A DNA stretch of 40,634 bases from an uncultured Anaerolineae bacterium. GTDB lineage: Bacteria; Chloroflexota; Anaerolineae; VGOG01. The stretch lies in assembly GCA_964592085.1 (NCBI GenBank), contig CAZQDO010000002.1:1-40634 (forward strand), read 5' to 3'. Within the stretch, counting starts at the first letter, position 1, and the number at the start of each line of letters is the position of its first letter. Shown here piece by piece: positions 40,057 through 40,634 of the stretch. A model generated the notes under the pieces. It saw only the letters and a list, made by a program, of their open reading frames with translations, did no database searches and was not told the origin of the DNA. Both the position numbers and the translations under genes were made by a program.

Positions 40057-40634
40057 CAATCACCCTCGAAGACTTTGATGCGGTGGGCTACCAGGGTGCC
40101 GTTGCCCTGGGCCAGGACGGTCACGCGAACCAGAGCACCGATCTCGACCTCACCGTGCTGGGTATCTATCACCGTGTCCGGCGTGACCTCGATCAAAACC
40201 GTGTTACCGTCTTCGGTGGTGATGGTCCAGGTTCCGACGTGATCCCCCGTCCCCGGCAGTGCGGCGATGATGCCTCGAATCGCCGCCGGCTCAAGATTGC
40301 CGCTGGGGTCCTTGACCTCGATCTCGGTGGCGCGCACCGTCTGTGGCCCTACCTTTATCCCCTTGACCTCGGCCAGCAATCCCACCTGCGGGGGGACGCC
40401 GGTGATGATGGTGGACTCGGTGATGAGCACGGTGACGCCGCCGACGATCCACACGTCATCCTCGATTCTCTCGATACGGCCCCTGAACTCGACCTCCTCA
40501 TTGGGGGGCTTGGCCACGATGAGCTTGGCCAGCACAGTGCGGTTGTCCAGCAAGAAGCCCTGTACCTTCACGTGGGCGCCCACCCGTAGCTCACCTTCGA
40601 TGCGGGTGAACTCGTCAATCAGCACGTCAACCAG
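40056..40634 (-). CDS. DUF5666-like beta-rich repeat protein, C-terminal part (5' end beyond the window)
   Basis: The frame stays open to the window end. There are repeated V.V.G......(V/I)A..I.V modules (VKVQGFLLDNRTVLAKLIV, AEVKGIKVGPQTVRATEIEV, VRVTVLAQGNGTLVAHRIKV). Confidence 0.45.
   Translation of the reverse strand: MVDVLIDEFTRIEGELRVGAHVKVQGFLLDNRTVLAKLIVAKPPNEEVEFRGRIERIEDDVWIVGGVTVLITESTIITGVPPQVGLLAEVKGIKVGPQTVRATEIEVKDPSGNLEPAAIRGIIAALPGTGDHVGTWTITTEDGNTVLIEVTPDTVIDTQHGEVEIGALVRVTVLAQGNGTLVAHRIKVFEGD

Overview
High-GC, gene-dense bacterial chromosomal window. Gene content and style suggest a Chloroflexota/Anaerolineae-like organism, which is an inference. I support about 40 CDS and found no rRNA, tRNA or CRISPR. 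All family calls come from motifs read by eye in the supplied translations; no searches were run.

Layout:
(i) 1-9.1 kb: Lon-like protease tail, ArsB/NhaD-type permease, USP, ZIP transporter, an orphan solute-binding lipoprotein followed by a 1180-aa multi-PAS/GAF histidine kinase, and truD.
(ii) 9.1-17.3 kb: a co-directional light / photo-oxidative-damage block. It holds a photolyase overlapping a DEDDh exonuclease, then a translationally coupled TspO-like / peroxiredoxin-like / Rieske oxygenase trio, an MFS transporter, and a tightly packed heliorhodopsin - Staygreen (Mg-dechelatase homologue) - alpha/beta-hydrolase operon. The peroxiredoxin-like gene has an in-frame TGA exactly at the first Cys of its CxxC motif, making it a candidate selenoprotein. 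The heliorhodopsin operon and its tetrapyrrole-related neighbours are my best candidate for an undescribed system.
(iii) 17.3-21.1 kb: glgC, a LysM/META secreted protein with a large internal duplication, and a polysaccharide-deacetylase remnant.
(iv) 21.1-36.6 kb: a metal-homeostasis island. It contains ferritin, three P1B ATPases of three subtypes (CopA, ZntA/CadA-type, CopB), a YHS mini-protein, rhodanese, DUF302, a NarL-type two-component system, a Met/Gly/Tyr-rich secreted protein, a methyltransferase-DUF166 pair and a second ZIP.
(v) 36.7-40.6 kb, minus strand: secreted FG-GAP, BNR-like/dockerin and DUF5666-like proteins.

Non-coding structure:
- A roughly 110-bp MITE-like element in 3 copies.
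- A nested palindromic element that appears to have decapitated the rhodanese gene.
- A four-copy, roughly 55-60-nt intergenic module: a 14-bp palindrome, -35/-10-like hexamers, and a hairpin with compensatory changes plus a T-run. It sits in front of the TspO-like, ferritin, copA and methyltransferase operons.
- A heptanucleotide tandem repeat inside copA.
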